Positions 11,703 to 21,785 are shown, counted from the stretch's first letter. The stretch is 64,000 nucleotides of DNA from Spirochaetaceae bacterium (GCA_007128315.1 SKXQ01000054.1:14377-78376), one strand, 5' to 3'. The notes: generated from the sequence alone by a model not told the origin. A program made the numbers and translations.

Positions 11703-12497
11703 ATGAAGGGCATTACGGTAGTCAAACTCGGAGGCGTCGCTGCATCCGACAGCGGGACACTCGGACAGCTTGCCGAAGAACTCGCATCGAGCCTGAACCT
11801 GCCTCCGGTGATCGTACACGGCGGCGGTGCGATCGTATCGGACTGGTCCCGAAGACTCGGTGTGGAACCGCGCTTCGAGGATGGCGTTCGCATGACATCT
11901 GCGGAAGAAATGAGCATCGTCGAGATGGTACTCGCGGGATCGGTGAACACCGGGGTCGTCAGGTTGCTTTGCGCCCATCAGCACAAGGCGGTCGGTCTGA
12001 GCCTGAGCGACTGCAGTCTCGTCAGCGGTGTCGCCCTGGCGGCAGGACCGGAAAACAGGACAGCCCGCCCCGGTGAGGTTCGAACCGATCTGATCCGGCA
12101 TCTCCTCGACGGTGGGTATACACCGGTAATCAGTTCGGTCGGAACAATGAATGACGGAGGCCCCTGCAACATCAATGCCGATGAAGCCGCGCTGGCCCTC
12201 GCACGTGCGCTCGGGGCGTCTCAACTGGTCTTTCTCTCCGACGTGCCGGGAGTTCGGGTCGACGGCGAAGTCCGCTACTCCATGAATGAGACCGATGTCG
12301 CCGCAGCAATAGCCGAAGGGCATATCTCCGGCGGCATGATACCAAAAGTGAGGAGCGCGCTCGATGCAACAGCTCACGGGGTCGGACGTGTAATTATCGG
12401 ACAGTACGGGGGGACGGGAGATTTTACCGCCCTCATCAACGGAACAGCAGGCAGCCGCCTGCAGGGAAAGCCAGCCGAGGCCGGAGAACGCGTATGA
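11703..12497 (+). CDS. argB: Acetylglutamate kinase
   Basis: VVKLGG, IVHGGG, NINADEAA, LSDVPGV, GGMIPKV. Confidence 0.96.
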   Translation: MKGITVVKLGGVAASDSGTLGQLAEELASSLNLPPVIVHGGGAIVSDWSRRLGVEPRFEDGVRMTSAEEMSIVEMVLAGSVNTGVVRLLCAHQHKAVGLSLSDCSLVSGVALAAGPENRTARPGEVRTDLIRHLLDGGYTPVISSVGTMNDGGPCNINADEAALALARALGASQLVFLSDVPGVRVDGEVRYSMNETDVAAAIAEGHISGGMIPKVRSALDATAHGVGRVIIGQYGGTGDFTALINGTAGSRLQGKPAEAGERV

Positions 12498-13753
12498 AAG
12501 AGAAAATCCATCACGGTACCTACGACGGTGCCTACGTTTCGGATACGAGCATCGCTCACTGTTATGCGAACCGCACAATGGTCCTGACCGACGGACGCGG
12601 AGCGACGGTGCGTGACCGCAGTGGACGCCGCTACATTGATTTCACCGCAGGCATTGCAGTGAACATTCTCGGACACGGACGCCGTGATCTTGCACGCATT
12701 GCCGCACGGGAAATGCGACGTCGCGTGCACGTCTCCAATCTCTTTGCGAGTGTTCCGACGCTCGAACTCGCATCGCACCTCGTAGCATCGGGACCTTTTA
12801 CCGCCTGCTTTTTCGGCAACAGTGGATCCGAGGCGAATGAGGCAGCTCTCAAGTTCGCACGCCTGTACGCGCACCGCACACGCGGAGCAGGACATCACGG
12901 CATCGTCTCGTTCTCGAACGGGTTTCACGGTAGAACTATGGGTTCGCTCTCTGCGACCTACAAGGCGGCGTACAGGGAACCCTTTGAGCCGCTCATCGGA
13001 GGGGTGCATTACCTGCCCTACAACGACGTGGACGCGCTTCAGCAACTCGATGAACGCACCGCGGCGGTGATCGTCGAACCCATGCAGGGCGAAGGTGGAC
13101 TGACGGTCATGAACGACGATTTCGCGGCGGCTCTGAATGAGATCTGCCGCGAACACGACATCATTCTTATCGCGGATGAGGTACAGAGCGGTCTCGGACG
13201 CACCGGCCGACTGTACGGTTCACACGCGGTCGGACTTGCACCGGACATCGTCACGTTGTCAAAACCGCTCGCGGCGGGGTTGCCCCTGTCGGCGACCCTC
13301 ATCCCCGAGCGCATTAACGCCCTGCTTTCACCCGGCGATCACGGGTCCACCTTCGGCGGAGGACCTGTCGTCACCGCCGTGGGTCTGAAAGTCTGGCAGG
13401 AAGTCACCCGACGGGGTTTTGTCGACCGCGTAAGGGAGGCCGGAGAGATGATTGCGGCGAAGCTCTCGGATATGTCCGCGAATTCGGACATACTGGGCCA
13501 GCCCCGGGGGCTGGGACTTCTGCGCGGCGTGCCGGTTGAAACCGGAGGCTCCGATGACGGCAGTGTTCTCGGACGCATCATGGAGGCGGCTCGGAGCGAA
13601 GGCCTGCTGATTCTCAGAAGTGGAAGCAACGTAATCCGTCTGGCCCCGCCCCTGAATATACGCGACAGGGAACTGACAGAAGGACTCGCCCGTCTGGAAC
13701 GGGCGGTGCAGCAGATCGAACACGAACATCACAAGGAGAAACACACGGTATGA
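12494..13753 (+). CDS. argD: Acetylornithine aminotransferase
   Basis: DFTAGIAVNILGH, NSGSEANEAALK, FHGRTMG, ADEVQSGLGRTG, HGSTFGG; position in the arg operon. Confidence 0.95.
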   Translation: MKEKIHHGTYDGAYVSDTSIAHCYANRTMVLTDGRGATVRDRSGRRYIDFTAGIAVNILGHGRRDLARIAAREMRRRVHVSNLFASVPTLELASHLVASGPFTACFFGNSGSEANEAALKFARLYAHRTRGAGHHGIVSFSNGFHGRTMGSLSATYKAAYREPFEPLIGGVHYLPYNDVDALQQLDERTAAVIVEPMQGEGGLTVMNDDFAAALNEICREHDIILIADEVQSGLGRTGRLYGSHAVGLAPDIVTLSKPLAAGLPLSATLIPERINALLSPGDHGSTFGGGPVVTAVGLKVWQEVTRRGFVDRVREAGEMIAAKLSDMSANSDILGQPRGLGLLRGVPVETGGSDDGSVLGRIMEAARSEGLLILRSGSNVIRLAPPLNIRDRELTEGLARLERAVQQIEHEHHKEKHTV

Positions 13754-15054
13754 GTGAAACGAACACACCGAAAACCGGCAAGAACGGGCGCGAAATTCGC
13801 AAAATAGTTCTGGCGTACTCGGGGGGCCTTGATACCAGTATCATAATCCCCTGGTTGAAAGAGCAATATCCGGGAGCAGAGGTCGTCTGCGTCTGCACGA
13901 ATGTCGGGCAGGCAGAAGACTGGGAAGGCATGGAGAAGAAAGCTCTTGCCAGCGGAGCGAGCAAGTTGTATACGCTCGATGTACAGGAAGAGTTCGTGCG
14001 GGACTACCTCTGGCCCATGCTGCGGGCCGGTGCCATTTACGAGGGGAAGTACCTGCTTGGAACCAGCATTGCGCGTCCGCTTCAGGCGAAGAAGCAGGTG
14101 GAGATAGCCCTTCAGGAGAACGCCGACGCCCTCGCACACGGGTGCACGGGGAAGGGAAACGACCAGGTCAGGTTCGAGCTGACCTATAAGGCGCTTGCAC
14201 CTCACCTTGAGGTCATTGCACCGTGGCGCATGTGGCACATCCGCAGTCGGGAACAGGCGATCGACTACGCGAAGGAACACGGTGTGCCTATCGGTGACAT
14301 CAGCAAGAAGAACATCTACAGCCGGGACTGGAACGTCTGGCACATGAGTCACGAGGGCGGCGAACTCGAGGATACCTGGGTCAGACCCTCCGCGGAGATG
14401 TTCCAGCTCACCACCGATCCGCGAAACGCCCCGGACGAGGAACAGGAAGTTGTCATTGACTTCGAGCACGGTACGCCGGTCTCGGTTGACGGTATCAGCA
14501 TGAAACCTCTTGAGATGCTCAACCACCTCAACGCGATCGGTGCGAAACACGGAGTCGGGCGGGCCGATCTCGTGGAGACGCGGCTGGTCGGCATGAAAAG
14601 CAGGGGCGTCTACGAAACACCCGGGGGCACAATTCTCTACACGGCGCTCCGGGAACTCGAAATGATTACGCTTGACTTCGACACCCTGGCCATGAAGAAC
14701 GAGCTCGCCCTGAAGTACGCGGACCTCGTGTACGCGGGGAAGTGGTTTACCCATTTCAGAAACAGTATCGACGCGTACATGCACGCGGCAGCCGAATACA
14801 TCAGCGGCAGCGTCCGACTGGTCCTGTACAAGGGCAACGTCATGATCGCCGGTCGCACGAGCCCGTACAGTCTGTACCTCGAGGATCTTGCCAGCTTCGG
14901 AGAAAGCGCGTACGACCACTCCGACGCGACCGGCTTCATCAACCTCTACGGACTCTCAACCGGCGTCGCCGCGATCGTTCACGACAAGAAGCTCAAGGCC
15001 GATGCAGGACCCGCCGTCGAAATGCGGGCCATGGCCGGATTCAGCGAAAAATAA
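13750..15054 (+). CDS. argG: Argininosuccinate synthase
   Basis: VLAYSGGLDTS, HGCTGKGNDQVRFE, GMKSRGVYETPGGT. Confidence 0.98.
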   Translation: MSETNTPKTGKNGREIRKIVLAYSGGLDTSIIIPWLKEQYPGAEVVCVCTNVGQAEDWEGMEKKALASGASKLYTLDVQEEFVRDYLWPMLRAGAIYEGKYLLGTSIARPLQAKKQVEIALQENADALAHGCTGKGNDQVRFELTYKALAPHLEVIAPWRMWHIRSREQAIDYAKEHGVPIGDISKKNIYSRDWNVWHMSHEGGELEDTWVRPSAEMFQLTTDPRNAPDEEQEVVIDFEHGTPVSVDGISMKPLEMLNHLNAIGAKHGVGRADLVETRLVGMKSRGVYETPGGTILYTALRELEMITLDFDTLAMKNELALKYADLVYAGKWFTHFRNSIDAYMHAAAEYISGSVRLVLYKGNVMIAGRTSPYSLYLEDLASFGESAYDHSDATGFINLYGLSTGVAAIVHDKKLKADAGPAVEMRAMAGFSEK

Positions 15055-15061
15055 GCTAAAA

Positions 15062-15095
15062 AGTCCATAGTCTCGTGCGAATGGGGCTATGGGCT
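15062..15095 (+). terminator. Hairpin after argG (weak terminator or stability element)
   Basis: AGTCCATAGTCTC-N8-GGGGCTATGGGCT, fully paired with G.U on the + strand; no long U-tract. Confidence 0.5.
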
Positions 15096-15156
15096 TGACC
15101 TGCAGCGTATCGGCCTTGCACTGTACTATCCGTAATCTCATAAACGGAGCGACATT

Positions 15157-16749
15157 GTGACCGATCCCAGAACCGGAAAAAACCTGACAGAATGCGATTC
15201 TTTCACGAAGCTTTCATCCCATGCCCTCGTACAACCCTCACGCGAACTGACTGCGGAGCGGGTCAACTCCTGCGACGTTGACGCGGGGGGCGGCCTCCGC
15301 TTCAACTACGCGGCGTCCTGCGTCAACGACGCCATGCTGGCGGACCTCGAGGCGCTGTGCGACGAACAGAAACTGCACGACCAGTATCAGACACTCTACG
15401 AAGGCGGCATCATGAACGTCGGCGAGGACAGGCTCGTTCTGCATCATCTGCTGCGTGGCCGTCTTGGTTCATCCGTCTCGGTGGACGGCACCGACATAGG
15501 CGCCTTCTACCGGGAACAGACCGAACGAGTTGCGGCCTTTGCGCGCGCCGTCCACGCAGGTGAGATCGTCGGCTCCACCGGCAAACAGTTCAGAACCGTC
15601 GTACAGATCGGCATAGGCGGTTCCGACCTCGGTCCCCGCGCCCTCGCCATCGCGCTGCAGGGCTACGCTCATACACGCCACGGGCACCCCCGCATGCAGG
15701 CGGATTTCATAAGCAACGTGGACCCCGACGACGCTGCCCGGGTCCTTGCAAACTTCGACCCCGAAACAACGCTCTTCGTTCTCGTATCAAAGAGCGGCAC
15801 GACACAGGAGACCCTTACCAACGAACTGTTTGCCATAGAACTGATGGAACGCTACGAGATTTCGGGTCTTGCCCCCCGCAAACACATGGTTGCGGTCACG
15901 AGCAGAACAAGTCCGCTCGCGAAGTCGTCCGAATATCTCGACGCCTTCTTTATCGACGATTACATTGGCGGTCGCTACTCGGGAACGAGTCCGGTCGGCG
16001 GCGTAGTCCTGAGCCTTGCCTTCGGACCTGAGATATTCGAGGAGCTGCTTTCCGGCGCGCACGAGGCGGATTCTTCCGCGACACGTCCGTTCGTGGAGAA
16101 CGCGGCCATGATCGACGCTGCAATCGGTGTCTACAACAGGAACGTCCTCGGTCTTCCAACGACTGCCGTCCTTCCCTACTCGAACGCGCTCACGCGCTTT
16201 CCGGCACATCTGCAGCAGCTCGACATGGAAAGCAACGGCAAGCGGGTGAATCGCCGCGGAGAGGCCGTCAGCTACCCGACCGGACCGGTGGTCTTCGGCG
16301 AACCCGGCACCAACGGACAGCACAGTTTTTACCAGCTCCTGCACCAGGGCACCGACATTATTCCCCTGCAGTTCATAGGTTTCCGCGAAAGCCAGCGCGG
16401 AGACGATATCTCGGTCGACGGCTCCACGAGCCAGACCAAGCTCAATGCGAACCTCGCCGCTCAGATCGGCGCATTCGCATTCGGTCAGGACCACGAAAAC
16501 CGGAACCGGGCCTTCCCCGGAAACCGGCCATCAACACTGATCTACGGAAAGCAGCTTACGCCGCGGGCGCTCGGTGCACTGCTTGCGCATTTTGAGAACA
16601 AGGTCATGTTTCAGGGCTTTTTGTGGAACATCAACAGCTTCGACCAGGAAGGCGTACAGCTGGGAAAAGTGCTGACGAAAAACATCCTTTCCGGCGGCGA
16701 AGTCAACCCCGCGATGGAAGCCTACACGAAGCTGCTCGGCCTGCGGTAA
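15157..16749 (+). CDS. pgi: Glucose-6-phosphate isomerase
   Basis: IGIGGSDLGP, SKSGTTQET, IGGRYS, QQLDMESNGK, GEPGTNGQHSFYQLLHQG, NSFDQEGVQLGK. Confidence 0.98.
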   Translation: MTDPRTGKNLTECDSFTKLSSHALVQPSRELTAERVNSCDVDAGGGLRFNYAASCVNDAMLADLEALCDEQKLHDQYQTLYEGGIMNVGEDRLVLHHLLRGRLGSSVSVDGTDIGAFYREQTERVAAFARAVHAGEIVGSTGKQFRTVVQIGIGGSDLGPRALAIALQGYAHTRHGHPRMQADFISNVDPDDAARVLANFDPETTLFVLVSKSGTTQETLTNELFAIELMERYEISGLAPRKHMVAVTSRTSPLAKSSEYLDAFFIDDYIGGRYSGTSPVGGVVLSLAFGPEIFEELLSGAHEADSSATRPFVENAAMIDAAIGVYNRNVLGLPTTAVLPYSNALTRFPAHLQQLDMESNGKRVNRRGEAVSYPTGPVVFGEPGTNGQHSFYQLLHQGTDIIPLQFIGFRESQRGDDISVDGSTSQTKLNANLAAQIGAFAFGQDHENRNRAFPGNRPSTLIYGKQLTPRALGALLAHFENKVMFQGFLWNINSFDQEGVQLGKVLTKNILSGGEVNPAMEAYTKLLGLR

Positions 16750-16750
16750 G

Positions 16751-16800
16751 CCGGACACCGGTACGGTGGGGCGGGTACGCCCGGACACCGTACCGTCCGG
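16751..16800. terminator. Structured spacer between the convergent pgi and ATPase genes
   Basis: Nested stems CCGGAC/GTCCGG, CGGTACGGTG/CACCGTACCG and GGGCG/CGCCC; direct repeat CCGGACACCG at 16751 and 16781. Confidence 0.5.
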
Positions 16801-16806
16801 GCAACA

Positions 16807-18579
16807 TCACGCGTCCGCAGGAGCGCCGGAATGCTCCTCGGCGGGTCCGACCGCTATGCCCTGTATCCGCGCAAGTTCGTCTGCACCCGCAGCGAAGGCA
16901 CGCGACGCTTCACGGTAGCGAAAGCCGGTAATCACTCCAAGCCCGCTGAACAGGGCATCGTGAAGGGCGTTACTGAACAGGCTGAGATAGGCCCTGCGTT
17001 CAACCGCGCCCGAGGAGTTGCGGATCAGCAAAGGTGAAGCGTCAAGCGCTTTCGCAAGCGTGGCTACCTGACGCGTCAGCACAGGGTAGAGCGTTCGCAG
17101 CAGATCAACGTAGACCCCGCGATACTCATTATCACCCGCCGTCAGATACGCGATCTGTGTGAAGCGGTCGCGCTCGTTCACCGTCTTCCGGGAAGACTTC
17201 CGTTTTCCCGTACTCCGGGAGCGCAGCGGAATCGCGTCTCTGACCCGTGCAGCGACGGTGTCATTTGCAAGCATCTTGTACATGGAAAGATAGAAAAGCA
17301 TGACCTGGGCATTACGGCGGTCGGGAAGCCTGCTTTCTTTCACACAGCCGGTAAGCAGGTCCCGGGCAGCGCCTTCCGCCTGGTTCAGGGTACGCGCAAG
17401 ACTGTCGCCCCCTGTTGTCGCGAAACCCCGCACGGACGCACTCTGTGCTTCAACAGCCGAGGATATCCTCGCGACCGCTGTACGGGCGGTGTTCCACAGC
17501 GTGTAGCTCCTTACCGACGCGATCGCAGCGCGTACCTTCGCGCGCTTCTCGAGTCCCAGAAGCGAAAACTCGGGATATTCACGGACGATGCGCGAAAGCC
17601 CCGCAACCCGCGCACCGACGTGTGACCCGAGCGTATCCACGGCGAGCAGCTCTACCTCGGTTACCAGCTCATCCAGATCCTCGTCGGCAGCGTGCGAACG
17701 CCCGAGCACCGCACGGGTAAAACGCCGGAGAGCCTGGCTCATTTCCGATGAGGTCAGAATACGTCCGGCAATGTCATCCGATATCTGTACGGCGAGCGAC
17801 AGAAGACTGCGCAGCATAATGGCGCGCGCGTCGGGCAGGCCGGTCTGCAGCATGTTCAGGGCCGGATCTTCGGGTACAAAGGCGAGATCAACGACGCGGC
17901 CGCGTTCGTCTTCGCTTATTCGCGCGTCGTCCGACGTGTTGTGGTTGTAGTTTGCGACCAGGTCGCGGGGGTTGAATCCGTCGGGCCCCTGCAACTTGAA
18001 ACGGTTATGCCAGACGTGAACGATCCGCGAAGGGTCGCGTCTGAATACCTCGCGTATGTAGCCTCCTCCGGAGGTGTGCGCGGTTGGCTCAGGATTGGTA
18101 ACGAGCAGAACGATGTCTGCGAGATCGAGAAAACGGACATTCGTTCCTTCCTCGACACCGGCAGGAAGATCGAGAATGATGACCCCGTAGCGACTGCGGA
18201 GAGTCTGCCCCTGCTCGCCGGACAACAACGAAAAGAGCGCATCAGAATCCTCAACACCGCGTTTCGCCTGATGAAAAAGAATATCGAGCCCGTGGAAGGG
18301 TTGTATGCTGTAGTCTGAAAGCTCCGTGTCAGCACGGACTTCCGTGGTCTCAAGGCTGTGCTCGGGACGCGTCAGATCCAGAAACGAAGTAACATCAGAC
18401 AGGGGATCGAGATCAACCAGAACGGTCGGGACGCCATGACGCGCGTAGTACAGGGCAAGATTCACCGCCGTCGTCGTCTTACCGACACCGCCTTTCCCGG
18501 AGGTAATCGCGATGCAGCGCCCTGATCCACTCTCACTGCGGCCATCGTTCAAGGTTTCCACAGTCGCCGAGCATAGCAT
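16807..18579 (-). CDS. MinD/ParA/FlhG-family ATPase with a long helical C-terminal extension
   Basis: Deviant Walker A IAITSGKGGVGKTT, VDLD, ILDLPAG, VTNPEPT; about 330 further residues with no recognised motif. Start uncertain. Confidence 0.85.
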   Translation of the reverse strand: MLCSATVETLNDGRSESGSGRCIAITSGKGGVGKTTTAVNLALYYARHGVPTVLVDLDPLSDVTSFLDLTRPEHSLETTEVRADTELSDYSIQPFHGLDILFHQAKRGVEDSDALFSLLSGEQGQTLRSRYGVIILDLPAGVEEGTNVRFLDLADIVLLVTNPEPTAHTSGGGYIREVFRRDPSRIVHVWHNRFKLQGPDGFNPRDLVANYNHNTSDDARISEDERGRVVDLAFVPEDPALNMLQTGLPDARAIMLRSLLSLAVQISDDIAGRILTSSEMSQALRRFTRAVLGRSHAADEDLDELVTEVELLAVDTLGSHVGARVAGLSRIVREYPEFSLLGLEKRAKVRAAIASVRSYTLWNTARTAVARISSAVEAQSASVRGFATTGGDSLARTLNQAEGAARDLLTGCVKESRLPDRRNAQVMLFYLSMYKMLANDTVAARVRDAIPLRSRSTGKRKSSRKTVNERDRFTQIAYLTAGDNEYRGVYVDLLRTLYPVLTRQVATLAKALDASPLLIRNSSGAVERRAYLSLFSNALHDALFSGLGVITGFRYREASRAFAAGADELARIQGIAVGPAEEHSGAPADA

Positions 18580-18610
18580 GCACACTTCGACTCTGCTATA
18601 GTAGATACCG

Positions 18611-19324
18611 ATGAATGCAAAATCCATCGTCTGTCTGCACGGCTATGGAGTTCGCAGCTTCTTCTGGGAACCGTTGAACACCAGGCTGCGGCAGATGTTT
18701 CCGGACGTCATTACCCCTGATCTGCAGATGAAAAACATCGATACGCTGCTGGAATCCACCTGTGAAGCCATTCGTGCGAAGGCCCGACTCGACGGGGTAC
18801 CACTGGTCATCATGGGACACAGCCTCGGAGGGATCATTGCGGCCCTCTGTGCCGAGAAGCTCGGCAGGTCGGCGGTCGGGCACGTGATCATTATTGCATC
18901 GCCCTACGGTGCCCGCGACTCGGTGCCCGGTCCCGTCACGCGTTTTCTGCTCAGAATGCGACTCATTCCGGACGCACTCACCCGCCCCCGCTTCTTCTCC
19001 CGTTCCACACCGATTGAAGACCAGAAGTACCTTTTCGCACGAGCAGTGCCGGAGTCCCCGGAGCTTCAGGCCGAAATCTTCAAGCCTGTGTGGTTTCACA
19101 CCGACCGGTTCAGCGAGCCGCTTCCGCAGCGCGCGCTTGTCATCGCCAGCAGCCGCGACCGAATCGTACCGAGCAGCGAGAGCAGGCAGTTCGCAGAGGT
19201 TATCGGCGCAGAGTTCATCGAGTTCAACGGCACACAGAACGTCGGTCATAACGACTTCGTCTGGGCGCCCGATACGGCCGCAAAAGTCATGTCGCACATT
19301 CAGAGTTTCCTGGGACGCAGATAA
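18611..19324 (+). CDS. Alpha/beta fold hydrolase
   Basis: LHGYG, nucleophile elbow GHSLGG, DRIVP, GHND. Confidence 0.9.
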   Translation: MNAKSIVCLHGYGVRSFFWEPLNTRLRQMFPDVITPDLQMKNIDTLLESTCEAIRAKARLDGVPLVIMGHSLGGIIAALCAEKLGRSAVGHVIIIASPYGARDSVPGPVTRFLLRMRLIPDALTRPRFFSRSTPIEDQKYLFARAVPESPELQAEIFKPVWFHTDRFSEPLPQRALVIASSRDRIVPSSESRQFAEVIGAEFIEFNGTQNVGHNDFVWAPDTAAKVMSHIQSFLGRR

Positions 19325-19327
19325 GGC

Positions 19328-19723
19328 ATGAGGATTTCCCGGCACATACAGCTCGCGCAACTCACCGTACCAAAGGCCCTGAAGGTTCAGCTTGGCGTCG
19401 CCGCTTCGCTTGAACTCGTCGCCGCGACGGTACTGGTCGTGCTCCCGGTATCCCTTGTCGGGCTCCGCTTCTTCGCGGTCCTTCTCGGAGCGCTCGCCCT
19501 GCACAGCCTTGTATCACTGCAGCAGGCGCCCTACAGCATGCGAAGCACCCTTCTGCTCCGGGTCATGGCGGCGGGGGGGATATGCCTTGCCGGAGCTATC
19601 GATCTGGGCGTGAACTGGCCGGCCGCGCCCGGGCTGCCTGTGCTCGGTATCACCGCCGTCGCAGCAGTTTCGATTCCCTTGTGGACTTACTGGCTTGTCC
19701 GGGTCGGCCGATTGCCCCAGTGA
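19328..19723 (+). CDS. Small membrane protein (about 4 TM), unknown function
   Basis: Hydrophobic 131-aa ORF starting 3 nt after the hydrolase stop; overlaps the end of the convergent gene. Confidence 0.6.
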   Translation: MRISRHIQLAQLTVPKALKVQLGVAASLELVAATVLVVLPVSLVGLRFFAVLLGALALHSLVSLQQAPYSMRSTLLLRVMAAGGICLAGAIDLGVNWPAAPGLPVLGITAVAAVSIPLWTYWLVRVGRLPQ

Positions 19724-20652
19724 CCTTGTGATCCGAGCCACGCCGCAACGGTTCGAAACACTTCGGTGCGATCGAGTTCTTTCACCAGCTCATGACGGTC
19801 ACCGGGAAATATGCGCACCGTAATGTCGCAGGGCGTGTACTCGCGGAGCAGTCTGGCCACCTTCTCCACGCCGGCACCCGTGTCGCCAACCGGATCGCTG
19901 CCACCCGATATGAGTAACACCGGTACGGCATCCTGCACGGCCCGTAGTCGCGACCGCGTATTGACCTCAATCAGTCCGCCGGACATATCGCGAAAAAAGG
20001 CCCGGCAGGGTACGAAACCGCAGGCCGGATCGTCGATGTACGCGTCGACTTCCGCTTCATCGCGAGTCAACCAGTCGTATCTGGTCCGCGTCGGGACGAA
20101 CTGCCGATTGAAACCGGCAGAGGCCATTGAGGACAGGAAGGGACTGCGCGTACGTCCACCGCGTCCTGCAGACAGCACGCGCGCGAGGAAGCGCCCGACA
20201 TAGCCGGACAGACCGGGGTGTGAGGCCGTACCGCAGAGAATGTAGCCGGCGTAGGCACCGGCGTCGCGCAGCATACAGCTTCGCGCAACGAAACTCCCCA
20301 TGCTGTGGCCAAAGAGGTATACCGGCAGCTGCGGGTACATGACGGTTATCCACGCGCGAACCTGAAACACGTCATCCACCACCGCGTTCCAGCCTCCCTG
20401 CGGGGCAAAGAAGCCGGTTCGGGATTCCTCGGGTTCACTTACTCCGTGTCCGCGGTGATCGTGGGCGACCACCACGTATCCTGCCGAAGCGAGAAAAGAA
20501 GCAAACTCGAGATAGCGGTTCTTGTGCTCGGCCATACCGTGAAGAATCTGCACAACACCTCGTGCTTCGGCTCCTGCGGGCTCGAGAGCAAAGGCCTCGC
20601 GTACCGTACCATTATCCGAAGAAGTTACCGTAAACGTGTTGAGACCTTTCAT
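19687..20652 (-). CDS. Alpha/beta hydrolase, lysophospholipase/monoglyceride-lipase type
   Basis: QILHGMAEH-RY, HDHRGHG, FGHSMGSF, DPVG, RHE. GAGGGG before ATG 20652. Confidence 0.92.
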   Translation of the reverse strand: MKGLNTFTVTSSDNGTVREAFALEPAGAEARGVVQILHGMAEHKNRYLEFASFLASAGYVVVAHDHRGHGVSEPEESRTGFFAPQGGWNAVVDDVFQVRAWITVMYPQLPVYLFGHSMGSFVARSCMLRDAGAYAGYILCGTASHPGLSGYVGRFLARVLSAGRGGRTRSPFLSSMASAGFNRQFVPTRTRYDWLTRDEAEVDAYIDDPACGFVPCRAFFRDMSGGLIEVNTRSRLRAVQDAVPVLLISGGSDPVGDTGAGVEKVARLLREYTPCDITVRIFPGDRHELVKELDRTEVFRTVAAWLGSQGHWGNRPTRTSQ

Positions 20653-20698
20653 TCGCCCCTCGCAATTTGCTGCATATTGCTGCATTATACTCTGCATG

Positions 20699-21781
20699 AT
20701 GCGTGCACACAATTTCTCTGCCGGTCCGGCGACACTGCCGGAAGTTGTTCTGCAACAGGCTGCGGCCGAACTTCCCGAGTACCGGGGCACCGGTATGTCC
20801 CTGATCGAATCGAGCCATCGGAGCAAAGCATACGACGAGGTTCACAACGCGACCATAGAGCGGATCAGGCGACTGCTCAACATTGGAGATTCGCACGAAG
20901 TGTTGCTGCTCGGTGGCGGGGCGACCATGCAGTTCGGTATGGTACCTCTGAATCTGCTGACCGGGGACTCGTTCTGTGCCTTTACCCGCAGCGGTGCCTG
21001 GGCAGAAAAAGCTTTCGAGGACGCATCGAAGGTCGGTACGGTCACCACTGTGTTCGATGGAGCATCCACGAACTATACAACTCTCCCGAACCCCTACGAG
21101 CTTCAATGCGACCCGGAGGCGGTCTATCTGCACCTGACGAGCAACGAAACGATAGGCGGTCTGCAGTGGCATGACTTCCCTGATACCGGTTCGGTGCCTA
21201 TAGTCGCCGACATGTCGAGCGATATCATGAGCCGCCCGCTGCCGATCGATAAGTTCGGCATTATCTACGCGGGTGCCCAGAAGAATCTGGGTCCTGCCGG
21301 TGTTACCGTGGTCGTGATCAGGAAGGATCTGCTTCCGAAATGCAACCCGGCGATTCCCGCCTACCTGAGCTATCCGGTACACGCCTCTAAACAGAGCCTT
21401 TATAACACTCCTCCGGTTTTCCCCATTTATCTCATGAACCTTGTGCTCCAGTGGGTCGAAGAACAGGGTGGCGTTACCGCCATGCAGGAAGCCAGCCGTA
21501 CCAGGTCGGAACTGATTTACAGTATCATCGAGCAGTCGGAGGGCTTCTATCACTGCCCGGTCGAGCAGGCGAGTCGCAGCCGCATGAACATCGTGTTCAC
21601 GCTGAAAAACAAGGACCTCGAAGCGGCCTTTGTCAAAAAGGCGGCCGAGCTCGGAATGGTCGGCCTGAAAGGACATCGAAGCGTCGGCGGTGTGCGGGCA
21701 AGCCTGTACAATGCGCTGCCCATGGCCGCGGTCCACGACCTTGCCGGCTTCATGCGGGGATTTGCGTCCGAAAACGGTTGA
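20699..21781 (+). CDS. serC: Phosphoserine aminotransferase
   Basis: NFSAGPATLP, SHRS, GGATMQF, NETIGG, DMSS, YAGAQKNLGPAG, NTPP, GHRSVGGVRASLYNA. Confidence 0.98.
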   Translation: MRAHNFSAGPATLPEVVLQQAAAELPEYRGTGMSLIESSHRSKAYDEVHNATIERIRRLLNIGDSHEVLLLGGGATMQFGMVPLNLLTGDSFCAFTRSGAWAEKAFEDASKVGTVTTVFDGASTNYTTLPNPYELQCDPEAVYLHLTSNETIGGLQWHDFPDTGSVPIVADMSSDIMSRPLPIDKFGIIYAGAQKNLGPAGVTVVVIRKDLLPKCNPAIPAYLSYPVHASKQSLYNTPPVFPIYLMNLVLQWVEEQGGVTAMQEASRTRSELIYSIIEQSEGFYHCPVEQASRSRMNIVFTLKNKDLEAAFVKKAAELGMVGLKGHRSVGGVRASLYNALPMAAVHDLAGFMRGFASENG

Positions 21782-21785
21782 GCGG

